Under the pieces are notes generated by a model. The model made no database searches. It was not told where the DNA came from and worked only from the letters and a program-made list of their open reading frames with translations. From assembly GCA_041611735.1 (NCBI GenBank), contig JBFIML010000003.1, positions 1-64,000 on the forward strand: a DNA stretch of 64,000 nucleotides, read 5' to 3'. Shown here piece by piece: positions 35,952 through 44,240 of this stretch (position 1 is its first letter; each line of letters opens with the position of its first letter). Source of the stretch: Myxococcota bacterium. Lineage in GTDB: Bacteria; Myxococcota_A; UBA9160; PR03. The position numbers were made by a program, and so were the translations under genes.

Positions 35952-36610
35952 CCATCGAGCTGACCCACGCCCGCATGCGGCTCGTCCTGCACGCCCTGCG
36001 CCAGGAGGGAAGCGGAGGCGCGCTGCTCCTGCTGCACGGCCTCGGGGAGCGGGCGCCGGAGAGCCTGCCGGCTGGCCTGGCGGGCTGGCGGGGGCCCGTC
36101 TACGCCCTCGACTTCACGGGCCACGGGCGCTCGACGGTGCCGCAAGGCGGCGGCTACACGGCCGAGCTCCTGATGGGCGACGCCGATGCGGCCCTCGCCC
36201 ATCTCGGCCAGGCGACCGTCCTTGGGCGGGGTCTCGGCGCCTACGTGGCACTGCTGCTGGCCGGCGCGCGTCCGGACCGGGTGCGCGGCGCCATCCTGTG
36301 CGACGGTCCCGGCCTGGCGGGCGGAGGGCCGCGCCCGGGGAGCCCCCACGTGGCGCTCCCGCCAGCGGGGGTCGTGCCACCGGATCCCTTCGCGCTGCTG
36401 GAGCTGGCCCGGGACGTGCGTCCCCCCGACTACGCCACGAGCTTCGTGCGCCAGGCGAACCAGCTCTCGCGCCTGGCCCAGCCCATCTGCGTGTGTGCCG
36501 TCGAGCGTCCGGATTGGCTCCGTGCCGTGGCCGAGGAGCCCGGAGTCGAACGGGCGCGGCTGCCCGAGGCGCTCGTTCTCTACGGCGGGGAGCTCTTGAC
36601 TGATTGTTGA
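35948..36610 (+). CDS. Short alpha/beta-hydrolase-fold protein lacking the nucleophile
   Basis: LLHGLG, DFTGHG, but GRGLG in place of GxSxG; GTGA overlap. Confidence 0.78.
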   Translation: MTIELTHARMRLVLHALRQEGSGGALLLLHGLGERAPESLPAGLAGWRGPVYALDFTGHGRSTVPQGGGYTAELLMGDADAALAHLGQATVLGRGLGAYVALLLAGARPDRVRGAILCDGPGLAGGGPRPGSPHVALPPAGVVPPDPFALLELARDVRPPDYATSFVRQANQLSRLAQPICVCAVERPDWLRAVAEEPGVERARLPEALVLYGGELLTDC

Positions 36611-36662
36611 CTTTTCGAGAACCCGGGACGCGGGGGGCCTGAAAGATCAATCCGTCAAGAGC
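36592..36662. repeat. Long imperfect palindrome, copy 1
   Basis: GCTCTTGAC/GTCAAGAGC outer arms; GATTG..GACTTTTCGAG / CCTGAAAGATCAATC inner arms. Confidence 0.7.
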
Positions 36663-36692
36663 GTCCGCGACGGACCTCACCATGCCCAGCTC

Positions 36693-37253
36693 ATGCCCAG
36701 CTACGAGGACGAGCTCTCCCTGCGCGACGCGCGGGAGCGCTACTTCCGGGCCAACGACTTCGATGCGGGGGGCTACACGGCGCGCTGGGTCAAGCTCCAG
36801 GCGGGACCGCTCCCGCTCCGCTTCCCGAATCGACCGGGACGCGTGCGCGCCGTGAAGCTGCACGACCTGCACCACGTGGCCACGGGCTACGACACGAGCT
36901 GGACCGGCGAGGCGGAGATCGGCGCCTGGGAGATCGCGGCCGGCTGCGCCGACCACTGGTGGGCGTGGTGGCTCAACCTCGGCGCCTTTGCCGTGGGCCT
37001 CGTCATCGCGCCGCGGCGCACTTTCCGGGCCTTCGTGCGCGGCCGCCACGGCACGAGCCTGTACCGAGCCGAAGGCGAGTTTCGGGACGAGCTGCTGGAC
37101 TGGACCGTGGGGGAACTGCGTCAACGACTGGCGCTGCAGGGGCCTGCCCCGCGCGCCACGCCGGCGGACCGGGCCCGCTTCGCGCTCTGGGTCGCCATCA
37201 CCGCCCTCTGCGCCTTCGGCCTCGTCTGGGCGGGGACGTTCTTGATCGATTGA
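36693..37253 (+). CDS. Coq4-like HDxxH metal-binding protein with C-terminal TM
   Basis: LHDLHHVATGYDTSWTGEAE matches HDxxH(x)11E. Confidence 0.75.
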   Translation: MPSYEDELSLRDARERYFRANDFDAGGYTARWVKLQAGPLPLRFPNRPGRVRAVKLHDLHHVATGYDTSWTGEAEIGAWEIAAGCADHWWAWWLNLGAFAVGLVIAPRRTFRAFVRGRHGTSLYRAEGEFRDELLDWTVGELRQRLALQGPAPRATPADRARFALWVAITALCAFGLVWAGTFLID

Positions 37254-37312
37254 CTTCTCGAGACACAGCGACTCTGGGGAGCCCGAAAGGTCGATCAGCC
37301 AGGAACGTCCCC
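37232..37312. repeat. Long imperfect palindrome, copy 2
   Basis: GGGGACGTTC/GAACGTCCCC outer arms; GATTGACTTCTCG / CGAAAGGTCGATC inner arms. Confidence 0.7.
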
Positions 37313-38455
37313 GAGTCCGAGGCGGCGGGCGATGATGACCTTCATGATCTCGTTGGTGCCGGCGTAGATCGACTGCACGGCGGCGTCCGCGTAGTCCAGG
37401 GCGATCGGGTACTCGAGCATGAAGCCGTACCCACCGTGGAGCTGCAGGCAGTCGCCGGTCAGGCGCTTCTGCAGGTCCGTCGTCCACCACTTGGCCATGC
37501 TCACTTCGGTCACCACGTTCTCGCCCCGCACGTGCGCGACGAGCAATCGGTCCACGAACGCCTGGCCGATCTCCACTTCGGTGGCGAGCTCGGCGAGCTT
37601 GAACTGCGTATTCTGGAAGGAGCCGATCGGACGGCCAAAGGCGTGCCGTTCGCGCACGTACTGCAGCGTGTCCTCCAGCGCACGCCGGCACGACGCCACC
37701 GACGCCACCGCGATGCAGAGGCGCTCCTGCTGAAGCTGCTCCATCAGCATGTAGAAGCCGCGGCCCTCGACGCCGAGCAGGTTCTGCGCCGGGATGCGGC
37801 AATCCTGGAAGAAGAGCTCGCTCGTATCCTGCCCGCGCAGGCCGAGCTTGTCGAGCTTGCGACCACGCACGAAGCCGGGGCTCTCGGCCTCCACCAGCAG
37901 GAGGCTGATCCCCGCGTGGGGCGGGTCCGCCTCGGGATCGGTCTTCGCCACGACGATGAAGAGATCGCCGATCTGGCCGTTCGAGATGAAGGTCTTGGAG
38001 CCGTTCAGGAGCCACGAATCGCCCTCGCGTACCGCGCGGGTCTGCACGTTGGCCAGGTCCGAGCCGGTGCCCGGCTCGGTCATGGCGATGCCGAGCAGCA
38101 CCTCGCCTGCGATCGCCCCGGGCAGGAAGCGGCGCTTCTGCTGCTCGGTTCCGTAGTGGACGAGATAGGGCATGCAGATGTCCGAGTGCAGGGACATCAT
38201 CAGCCCGTGGGCGCGCACACGCGCCATCTCCTCGATCACGATGGCGTCGTAGAGGAAGTCGCCCCCGGCGCCTCCGTACTCCTCGGGCGCGCAGGCCCCG
38301 AGGAAGCCCGCCTCTCCCATGCGACGCCAGGTCGCCCGGTCGCTGGCTCCCTTCGCGTTCCACTCCGCGACCCTGGCTTCGATCTCCTTGGCCGCGAAGC
38401 GCCGGAACTGCTCCCTGAAGAGCTCGTGCTCGGGCGTGAAGATCTCGCGTCGCAT
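37295..38455 (-). CDS. Acyl-CoA dehydrogenase (long-chain type)
   Basis: AMTEPGTGSD, NGSKTFISNG, QERL, QLHGGYGF, IYAGTNEIM. Confidence 0.95.
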   Translation of the reverse strand: MRREIFTPEHELFREQFRRFAAKEIEARVAEWNAKGASDRATWRRMGEAGFLGACAPEEYGGAGGDFLYDAIVIEEMARVRAHGLMMSLHSDICMPYLVHYGTEQQKRRFLPGAIAGEVLLGIAMTEPGTGSDLANVQTRAVREGDSWLLNGSKTFISNGQIGDLFIVVAKTDPEADPPHAGISLLLVEAESPGFVRGRKLDKLGLRGQDTSELFFQDCRIPAQNLLGVEGRGFYMLMEQLQQERLCIAVASVASCRRALEDTLQYVRERHAFGRPIGSFQNTQFKLAELATEVEIGQAFVDRLLVAHVRGENVVTEVSMAKWWTTDLQKRLTGDCLQLHGGYGFMLEYPIALDYADAAVQSIYAGTNEIMKVIIARRLGLGDVPG

Positions 38456-38520
38456 GAACCCTCCCCGCCGGGTCGTCGGCTGCGTTAGCATGCCGGGCCA
38501 GCCAGGAAGAGAGGGTAGCG

Positions 38521-39387
38521 ATGCTGACGGGAGTCGACCGGATCCTGGTCGTGTCCCGAGACCGGCGCCGGGCCATCGCCGCCTGGCGACGCCTGCTCGG
38601 TGCCGAGCTGGTCCGCGAGGACGCCGTGCCGGCGCTCGGGGCGAACCGCAGCGTGCTGCGGGTGGGAAGCAGCGAGGTGGAGGTCCTGGAGATGGCCGGG
38701 ATCGGGGCGGTGGCCAACCACCTGGCGCGTTCCCGGCCCGGGGTGTTCGCGTTGGGCGTGACCGCCCTCGATCCGAAGGCCGTGCAGCGACGACTCGACG
38801 CCCTCGGCATCCACCACCTCGTCGTGGGCGAACAGATCTTCGTCCACCACGACTGGCTGGACGTGCCGGGCCTGCACCTGGTGGTCTCGCCCGCAGCGGA
38901 GCGGGAGCCGGCGGGGCTCCTGACCCACCTCTACGAGGTGACTCACCTGTGCCACGACTTCACCGCAGCGGCGGCGCGCCTGGCGCGGGTCTTCGAGCTC
39001 GAGTCCCGCCACTTCGTGCCGATCCGCTCCGAGCGTTACGGCTACGAGGGCAGGCTCACCCTGTTCGACCCGGACCGCCTGGACCGGGTCGAGACGGTCA
39101 CGCCCTTCGACCCAGGCCGGACGATGGGCCGTTTCTTCGCGCGGCGCGGACCGTGCCTCTACATGGCCTACGGCGAGTCGGACCGCAGCGCGGAGATCCG
39201 GGGGCGCCTCAACGAGCACGCACCCCGGGACTGGACCGGACCGGCGGAGGGCGAGGCGGCGGACAACCTGTTCCTGCACCCCCGGGCCCTGGACGGCGTC
39301 CTGATCGGCGTGAGCCGCACCTCCTTCGCCTGGACCTGGTCGGGCCGCCCGGAGCGGGTGCGCCCCGCCGCCGGAGCGGCGGCGTGA
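38521..39387 (+). CDS. Two-domain VOC-family protein
   Basis: GVDRILVV...VEVLE; second module EVTH...RVETVTP...FARRGPCLY. Confidence 0.7.
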   Translation: MLTGVDRILVVSRDRRRAIAAWRRLLGAELVREDAVPALGANRSVLRVGSSEVEVLEMAGIGAVANHLARSRPGVFALGVTALDPKAVQRRLDALGIHHLVVGEQIFVHHDWLDVPGLHLVVSPAAEREPAGLLTHLYEVTHLCHDFTAAAARLARVFELESRHFVPIRSERYGYEGRLTLFDPDRLDRVETVTPFDPGRTMGRFFARRGPCLYMAYGESDRSAEIRGRLNEHAPRDWTGPAEGEAADNLFLHPRALDGVLIGVSRTSFAWTWSGRPERVRPAAGAAA

Positions 39388-40181
39388 GGGCGCCTTGGGG
39401 CGGAGTCGGCCTGGCGCTCCTGATGCTGGCGGGCGCCGCACCGGCGTGCGCCGACTCCGGCCCCGGACGGAAGCCGGTCCGCTTCGCCGTTCAGTTCGAG
39501 ACGGAGGACGGCTTCACCCTGCACGGGGACCTGACCTCCGCCGCGGACGTGAACGCGCCCGTGGCGATCCTGCTGCACATGTACCGCTCGAATCGGCGCG
39601 CCTTCGACCCATTGGTGCCCGCCCTCGTGGAGGCGGGCCTGACGGTGCTCGCCCTCGATCAGCGCGCCCACGGCGAGTCCACCCGCCAGGACGGCCGCAC
39701 GCTGCGCGTGGACGATCTCTCGCGGGAGCGCTTCGCAGAGCTCGTGCGCACCGGCCCGCGGGACGTGGCGGCAGCCCGCCGCTACCTGGCCGAGCGCGGC
39801 TTCGCCACGGATCGGATCTTCCTGGTCGGCGCCTCCTACGGCTGTACGGTGGCGCTGCTCGCCGCCCGACGCCTGGAGGGCGTGGGGGGGCTGGTGCTGC
39901 TCTCGCCCGGCACGGCCTACTTCGACGTGGACGTGACGGACGTGGCGGCGGGTGCCGGCCCGCTGCTCGCCGTGGCGGCGGAGGACGACCCGAGCTCCGC
40001 CGAGAGTGCGCGCCGTCTCGTGGAGACCCACGCGGGCCCCGAGGAGCTCCTGGTGTTCCCGAGCGGCGGCCACGGCACGAACCTCTTCGGGTCTCGGCCA
40101 GAGCTCCCGCAGCGGATCGTCGCGTTCGTGCGGAAGGCACTCGCCGCTGGGGGCCCGCCCGCCGGGTCAGCGACTCCCTAG
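39384..40181 (+). CDS. Secreted alpha/beta hydrolase
   Basis: Signal peptide, DQRAHGES, GASYG, EDD, GHGT; GTGA overlap. Confidence 0.85.
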   Translation: MRAPWGGVGLALLMLAGAAPACADSGPGRKPVRFAVQFETEDGFTLHGDLTSAADVNAPVAILLHMYRSNRRAFDPLVPALVEAGLTVLALDQRAHGESTRQDGRTLRVDDLSRERFAELVRTGPRDVAAARRYLAERGFATDRIFLVGASYGCTVALLAARRLEGVGGLVLLSPGTAYFDVDVTDVAAGAGPLLAVAAEDDPSSAESARRLVETHAGPEELLVFPSGGHGTNLFGSRPELPQRIVAFVRKALAAGGPPAGSATP

Positions 40182-40331
40182 TGAGCGCCCTGCCCCACCG
40201 ATCTCGCAGCCGATCTACTGGCCGCGTTGCACTGCCCCGAATCATTCATGGATCGTCCTTCGGTCGTGCGCCTTGCCGGTGGCGCGTCTCGACTCCGATA
40301 TAGGCACCCGATTTCCGGGACGGCACCCTAG
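40178..40331. mobile_element. MITE-like non-coding element between two convergent TAG stops
   Basis: CCCTAG direct repeat at both ends; internal stem CTGGC..GCAC..CCGAA / TTCGG..GTGC..GCCGG; second partial copy at 19836-19923. Confidence 0.6.
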
Positions 40332-42136
40332 CCCCGCCGCGCGCGGCTCGGCGCCTTGCGGCTCTTCTTCCCGGCCGCCTTGCGCCGGCGCCGGCCGTCC
40401 TTGAGCGCCGCCAGCAGCTTCGTGACGGGCCGCGTGTTGAGCACGTCCGCGGCCGTGGCCCAGCCGCGCCGCGCCAGGGGAATGCCGTACTCGTCCAGGT
40501 AGCGCAGCCCCTTCACGCTGTGGGCGTCCGAGTCGATCACCAACGGCACGCCCGCCTCCACGGCTTTGCGCACGTGCTCGTCCTTGAGGTCCAGCCGCTC
40601 CGGCTGCGCGTCGATCTCGAGAGCCGTCCCGGTGCGCCGGGCCGTCTCGAGGATCGCGTCGAAGTCCAGGTTCACCGCCTCACGCCGGCCCAGAGCCCGG
40701 CAGGTCGGGTGGAACAGCACGTCCACATGTGGGTTCTCCATGGCGCGGATCAGCCGCTTCGTCATCTGGGCGCGCGACTGCTTGAACTGGCCGTGCACCG
40801 CGGCACCCACCACGTCGAGCTTCGCCAGTACCTCGTCGGCCACGTCGAGGCTCCCGTCCGCACGGATGTTGACCTCCGCGCCGGAAAGCACCCGGAAGCC
40901 TCGCAGCCGCTCGTTCAGCTTGCGGATCGCGTCGCGCTGCTCGAGTAGCTTCTGCTCGTCACAGCCCCGCGCCATGGTCAGATCCCGGGTGTGGTCGGTG
41001 ATGGCCACGTACTCCAGCCCGAGCGCGCGGGCCGCCTCCACCATGTCCTCGATCGAGTTGGCGCCGTCGGTCCAATCGGTCTGGATCTGGAGGTCGCCCC
41101 GCAGGCTCCCGGGCTCGATCAGCTCCGGGAGCGAACCGCGGCGGGCCGCTTCGATCTCACCTCGGTCTTCGCGCAGTTCGGGGGGGATGAAGGCCAGGTC
41201 GAGTGCCTCGAAGACCTCCTCCTCCGTGCGCCCGGCGACGCGCTTGCGCCCGCGGAACAGGCCATATTCGTTGAGCTTGAGGCCTGCGTCCTGGGCGATG
41301 CGCCGCATCACCACGTTGTGGTCCTTGCTGCCCGTGAAGTAGTGGAGCGCCGCACCGAAGCTCTCTTCCTCCACCACGCGCAGGTCCGCATCGATGCCAA
41401 CTGCCAGGCGGACCATGCTCTTGGTGGACCCATGGGCGTGCACGTGAACGACCTCGGGCATGGACACGAAGCGCTCCATCACCGCCTCGGGCTGGCCCGA
41501 CACCACCAGGAAGTCGAGGTCGCCCACCGTCTCCCGCCGCCGGCGCAGGGAGCCCGCGGCCACCGCCCGCTTCACGTGGCGGTCCGCGGAGAGGCGCACC
41601 TCGATCTCCCGGGCCAGCGCAAGCACCTGGCCGATCGGCATGCGCCCACCGGCCTGCTTCTGGAACTCGATGCCCCGCAGGATCTTCTGCTCGCTCTTCT
41701 CGCCGAAGTGGGGCAGCTCGCGGATGTGGCCGCGACGGGCCGCCTTCTCCAGGTGGGCCAGGGTGCGAATGCCGAGGCGGTCGTGGAGCGCCTTCACCAT
41801 CCGCGCACCGAGCCCCTCCACGGCCGTGAGCGCGAGCACGTCCACCGGCGTCTTGCGCCGCATGACCTCGAGCTCCTCGATGCGGCCCGTCTCCAGCAGC
41901 TCGGCGATCTTCTCGGCGATGCCCTTGCCGATGCTCGGCAGGGTCTGGATCGCTTTGGCGCCGCCCTCGCGCCACAGCTCCCTTACCGGCTGTTCGCTGG
42001 CCTCCACGGAGTAGGCGGCCTTCTCGTAGGCGCGGGGCTTGAACTCGACCCCTTCCATCTCGAGGAAGAGGGACATCTCGCGAAGCGTCCGCGCGATCTC
42101 GCCGTTGCCGAGGGCTCGCGTCGACCGGCGCGCCAT
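40328..42136 (-). CDS. polX: DNA polymerase X with C-terminal PHP domain
   Basis: FKPRAY, HhH SIGKGIA, GSLRR...GDLD, DLR, YFTGSK, LNEYG; PHP TDH, HPT, DSDAH. Confidence 0.95.
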   Translation of the reverse strand: MARRSTRALGNGEIARTLREMSLFLEMEGVEFKPRAYEKAAYSVEASEQPVRELWREGGAKAIQTLPSIGKGIAEKIAELLETGRIEELEVMRRKTPVDVLALTAVEGLGARMVKALHDRLGIRTLAHLEKAARRGHIRELPHFGEKSEQKILRGIEFQKQAGGRMPIGQVLALAREIEVRLSADRHVKRAVAAGSLRRRRETVGDLDFLVVSGQPEAVMERFVSMPEVVHVHAHGSTKSMVRLAVGIDADLRVVEEESFGAALHYFTGSKDHNVVMRRIAQDAGLKLNEYGLFRGRKRVAGRTEEEVFEALDLAFIPPELREDRGEIEAARRGSLPELIEPGSLRGDLQIQTDWTDGANSIEDMVEAARALGLEYVAITDHTRDLTMARGCDEQKLLEQRDAIRKLNERLRGFRVLSGAEVNIRADGSLDVADEVLAKLDVVGAAVHGQFKQSRAQMTKRLIRAMENPHVDVLFHPTCRALGRREAVNLDFDAILETARRTGTALEIDAQPERLDLKDEHVRKAVEAGVPLVIDSDAHSVKGLRYLDEYGIPLARRGWATAADVLNTRPVTKLLAALKDGRRRRKAAGKKSRKAPSRARRG

Positions 42137-42271
42137 GCAGGGATTGTAGTCGACGCCTCGGAGACACGTCGGGTCCCTCTGCCCGCGGCGATTTCGGCGG
42201 TGCCCTGGCACGCCGAATGGCGTAGACTGGATCCCGGCGGCCGACCCGCTCGCGCCGCGGGGAGGAAAGGC

Positions 42272-42757
42272 GTGGAGGTCGCTGGCGTGTCCTGGACCTT
42301 GATCGCGGCGGGTGTCGTCGGCCTGCTGATCGGAATCGGGCTCGGGATGCTCCTGGGACGCCGCAGCGGCCACCACGCCGCCCGGGTGCGTCGGCTCACC
42401 GAGGATCTGGAGGCATCGCGTCAGGAGCTCTCCCGCTACCGGGGGCAGGTGGGCGACCACTTCACGCGCACCTCGGACCTGCTGCGCCGCATGACGCTCC
42501 AGTACCGGGCCGTGTACGACCACCTGGCCGAGGGGGCGCGGACGCTCTCACCCGACGGGGCCGCCGCCCTGGCGGCGGGAATGCGCGAGGCGCCGCTGCC
42601 CCTGGAGGCCGGCGAGCAGCAGGGTCCGTCCGGCGAGCCGGCCCTCGAGCCGCTCGAGACGGATCCGGAGCCGGAAGATCTGGAGCAGGACCAAGAGGAG
42701 GATCCGGCGCTGGCGACGAAGGAGCTCTTCGAGGAGGAGCGCGCGCGGCGACGCTGA
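42272..42757 (+). CDS. DUF1043/YhcB (ZapG)-like membrane-anchored coiled-coil protein
   Basis: N-terminal TM, YRGQVGDHFTRTSDLL...YRAVYDHLAEGA. Confidence 0.85.
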   Translation: MEVAGVSWTLIAAGVVGLLIGIGLGMLLGRRSGHHAARVRRLTEDLEASRQELSRYRGQVGDHFTRTSDLLRRMTLQYRAVYDHLAEGARTLSPDGAAALAAGMREAPLPLEAGEQQGPSGEPALEPLETDPEPEDLEQDQEEDPALATKELFEEERARRR

Positions 42758-42766
42758 GCCCGCGGG

Positions 42767-43285
42767 TCAGTCCTCCGCGGCGAACAGCCCCTCGTAGGAA
42801 CCCGCAACCAGGTGCTCCGCCTGGATCCCGAGTTCGCGCACCAGGAATGCGACTCGTCCACGGGCGGCGGCATCGTCGCCCTCGCGGCCGTCCAGCTGCG
42901 CCTCGAGCTCCACGAAGCTCCCGAGCCCCTCTACCCGATCCAGGTGGATGCGCACGTTCTCGTACAGGAAGATCTCGCGCTCCTTGCGCACCACCCGGTG
43001 CACGCCGAGGATGCGGCCGAGCAGATCGCGCAGGCTTTCGGGATCGGACACCGGGATCACGCGGTAGGCGGATCGCCGTGGGCCGGGCGTGTCGGGGCGC
43101 AGGTAGGGAATCAACTGGCCGCCGGCCAGGGACGATTCGCGCAGCTTGAGACGACCGGTGCCAGTGCGGAAGTAGGTGTCGGTCTGGCGGTCCAGACCCA
43201 CGTGCACGGTGGCCACGCGCCGGGCGCGTTCGCGCATGGGCGCCAGGCCGGGACAGCGGGCCTTGATCTCGAGGTTCGTGTGCAC
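42767..43285 (-). CDS. CYTH-domain protein (class IV adenylate cyclase-like)
   Basis: NLEIKARC (ExK), QTDTYF, GRLKLRE, RIHLDRVEGLGSFVELE. Confidence 0.9.
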   Translation of the reverse strand: MHTNLEIKARCPGLAPMRERARRVATVHVGLDRQTDTYFRTGTGRLKLRESSLAGGQLIPYLRPDTPGPRRSAYRVIPVSDPESLRDLLGRILGVHRVVRKEREIFLYENVRIHLDRVEGLGSFVELEAQLDGREGDDAAARGRVAFLVRELGIQAEHLVAGSYEGLFAAED

Positions 43286-43352
43286 GCTCCCCGTCACCCC
43301 CGGGACCCGACTTTGCGGCGAGGCTAGCCCGCGGCTAGCGTGCGCGCCCGCC

Positions 43353-44234
43353 ATGGCGCTCTCGTCCTCGCTGGTCGCGGGAGCGGCGCTCGCGCTCGGC
43401 TCCGCCCTGGCGTGGGCGGTGCTGGATGCCCTGCGCAAGCGCCTGGCCCGGGACCTCTCGGCGCCCGCCATCGTGCTCGGAATCACGGCGCCCCAGGTGC
43501 CCCTCCACCTGACCTTGGCGCTGCGCGAGGACTCCCTGGTGCTGGAGCCCGGCTTCGTTCCGCTCACGCTCCTGGCCGCGCTCCTCGCCTTGACCGCGAA
43601 CCTGCTGTTCGTGCGGGCCGTGCGGGGCTCACCGCTCTCCTCCACGGTCCCCTACCTGAGCTTCACGCCGGTGTTCACGCTGGGCGCCGGCGCGCTCTTG
43701 CTGGGACAGCTGCCGGGCCTCGGCGGCATCGTGGGCGTGGGGGCCGTGGCGGCCGGGGCCTTGCTCCTGGACGTCCCGGCCCGCCAGGCCTGGCGCGCGC
43801 CCTGGCGGGCGCTGGCGCGCGAGCCGGGCAGTCGCATCATGCTGCTGGTGGCGCTCTGCTTCGCGCTGACCAATGCCATCGACCGCCTCGCCATCCTGCG
43901 CGCCTCGGAGCCGGCCTACGCGGCGCTCCTCACCGGGTCGATCGCGCTCGCCCTCGTGGCCCTGCCGACGGTGCGCCGGGAGCTCGCGAAGCGGCGCCGC
44001 CTGCTCGGGTGGCTGGCGCTGGCCGGCGTGGCGGGGGCGGCCGCGCTGCTGCTCCAGTTCCTGAGCTACCGCTTCCTGTACGTGGCCTACGTGGACGCGG
44101 TGAAGCGCGCCGGTGGCAACGTCCTCGCGGTCGTGCTGGGGGTCGCCTTCTTCGCCGAGGGCCACCTCGGCCGGCGGCTGGCGGCTGCGGCGCTCATGGG
44201 CGCCGGCGTGGTCTTCGTCCTGCTGGCGGGGTGA
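43353..44234 (+). CDS. EamA/DMT-family transporter
   Basis: About 10 TM segments; SPLSSTVPYLSFTPVF, FFAE. Confidence 0.85.
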   Translation: MALSSSLVAGAALALGSALAWAVLDALRKRLARDLSAPAIVLGITAPQVPLHLTLALREDSLVLEPGFVPLTLLAALLALTANLLFVRAVRGSPLSSTVPYLSFTPVFTLGAGALLLGQLPGLGGIVGVGAVAAGALLLDVPARQAWRAPWRALAREPGSRIMLLVALCFALTNAIDRLAILRASEPAYAALLTGSIALALVALPTVRRELAKRRRLLGWLALAGVAGAAALLLQFLSYRFLYVAYVDAVKRAGGNVLAVVLGVAFFAEGHLGRRLAAAALMGAGVVFVLLAG

Positions 44235-44240
44235 GCCGCC

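Noticed and set aside
36592-37312. Canonical integron attC cassette
   Set aside because: The hairpins lack RYYYAAC/GTTRRRY ends and no integrase is in the window; kept only as an unclassified repeat.
40178-40249. 23-aa minus-strand ORF MNDSGQCNAASRSAARSVGQGAH with SD-like GAAGGA
   Set aside because: It lies within the repeat element, and this ATG is not preserved in the second copy.
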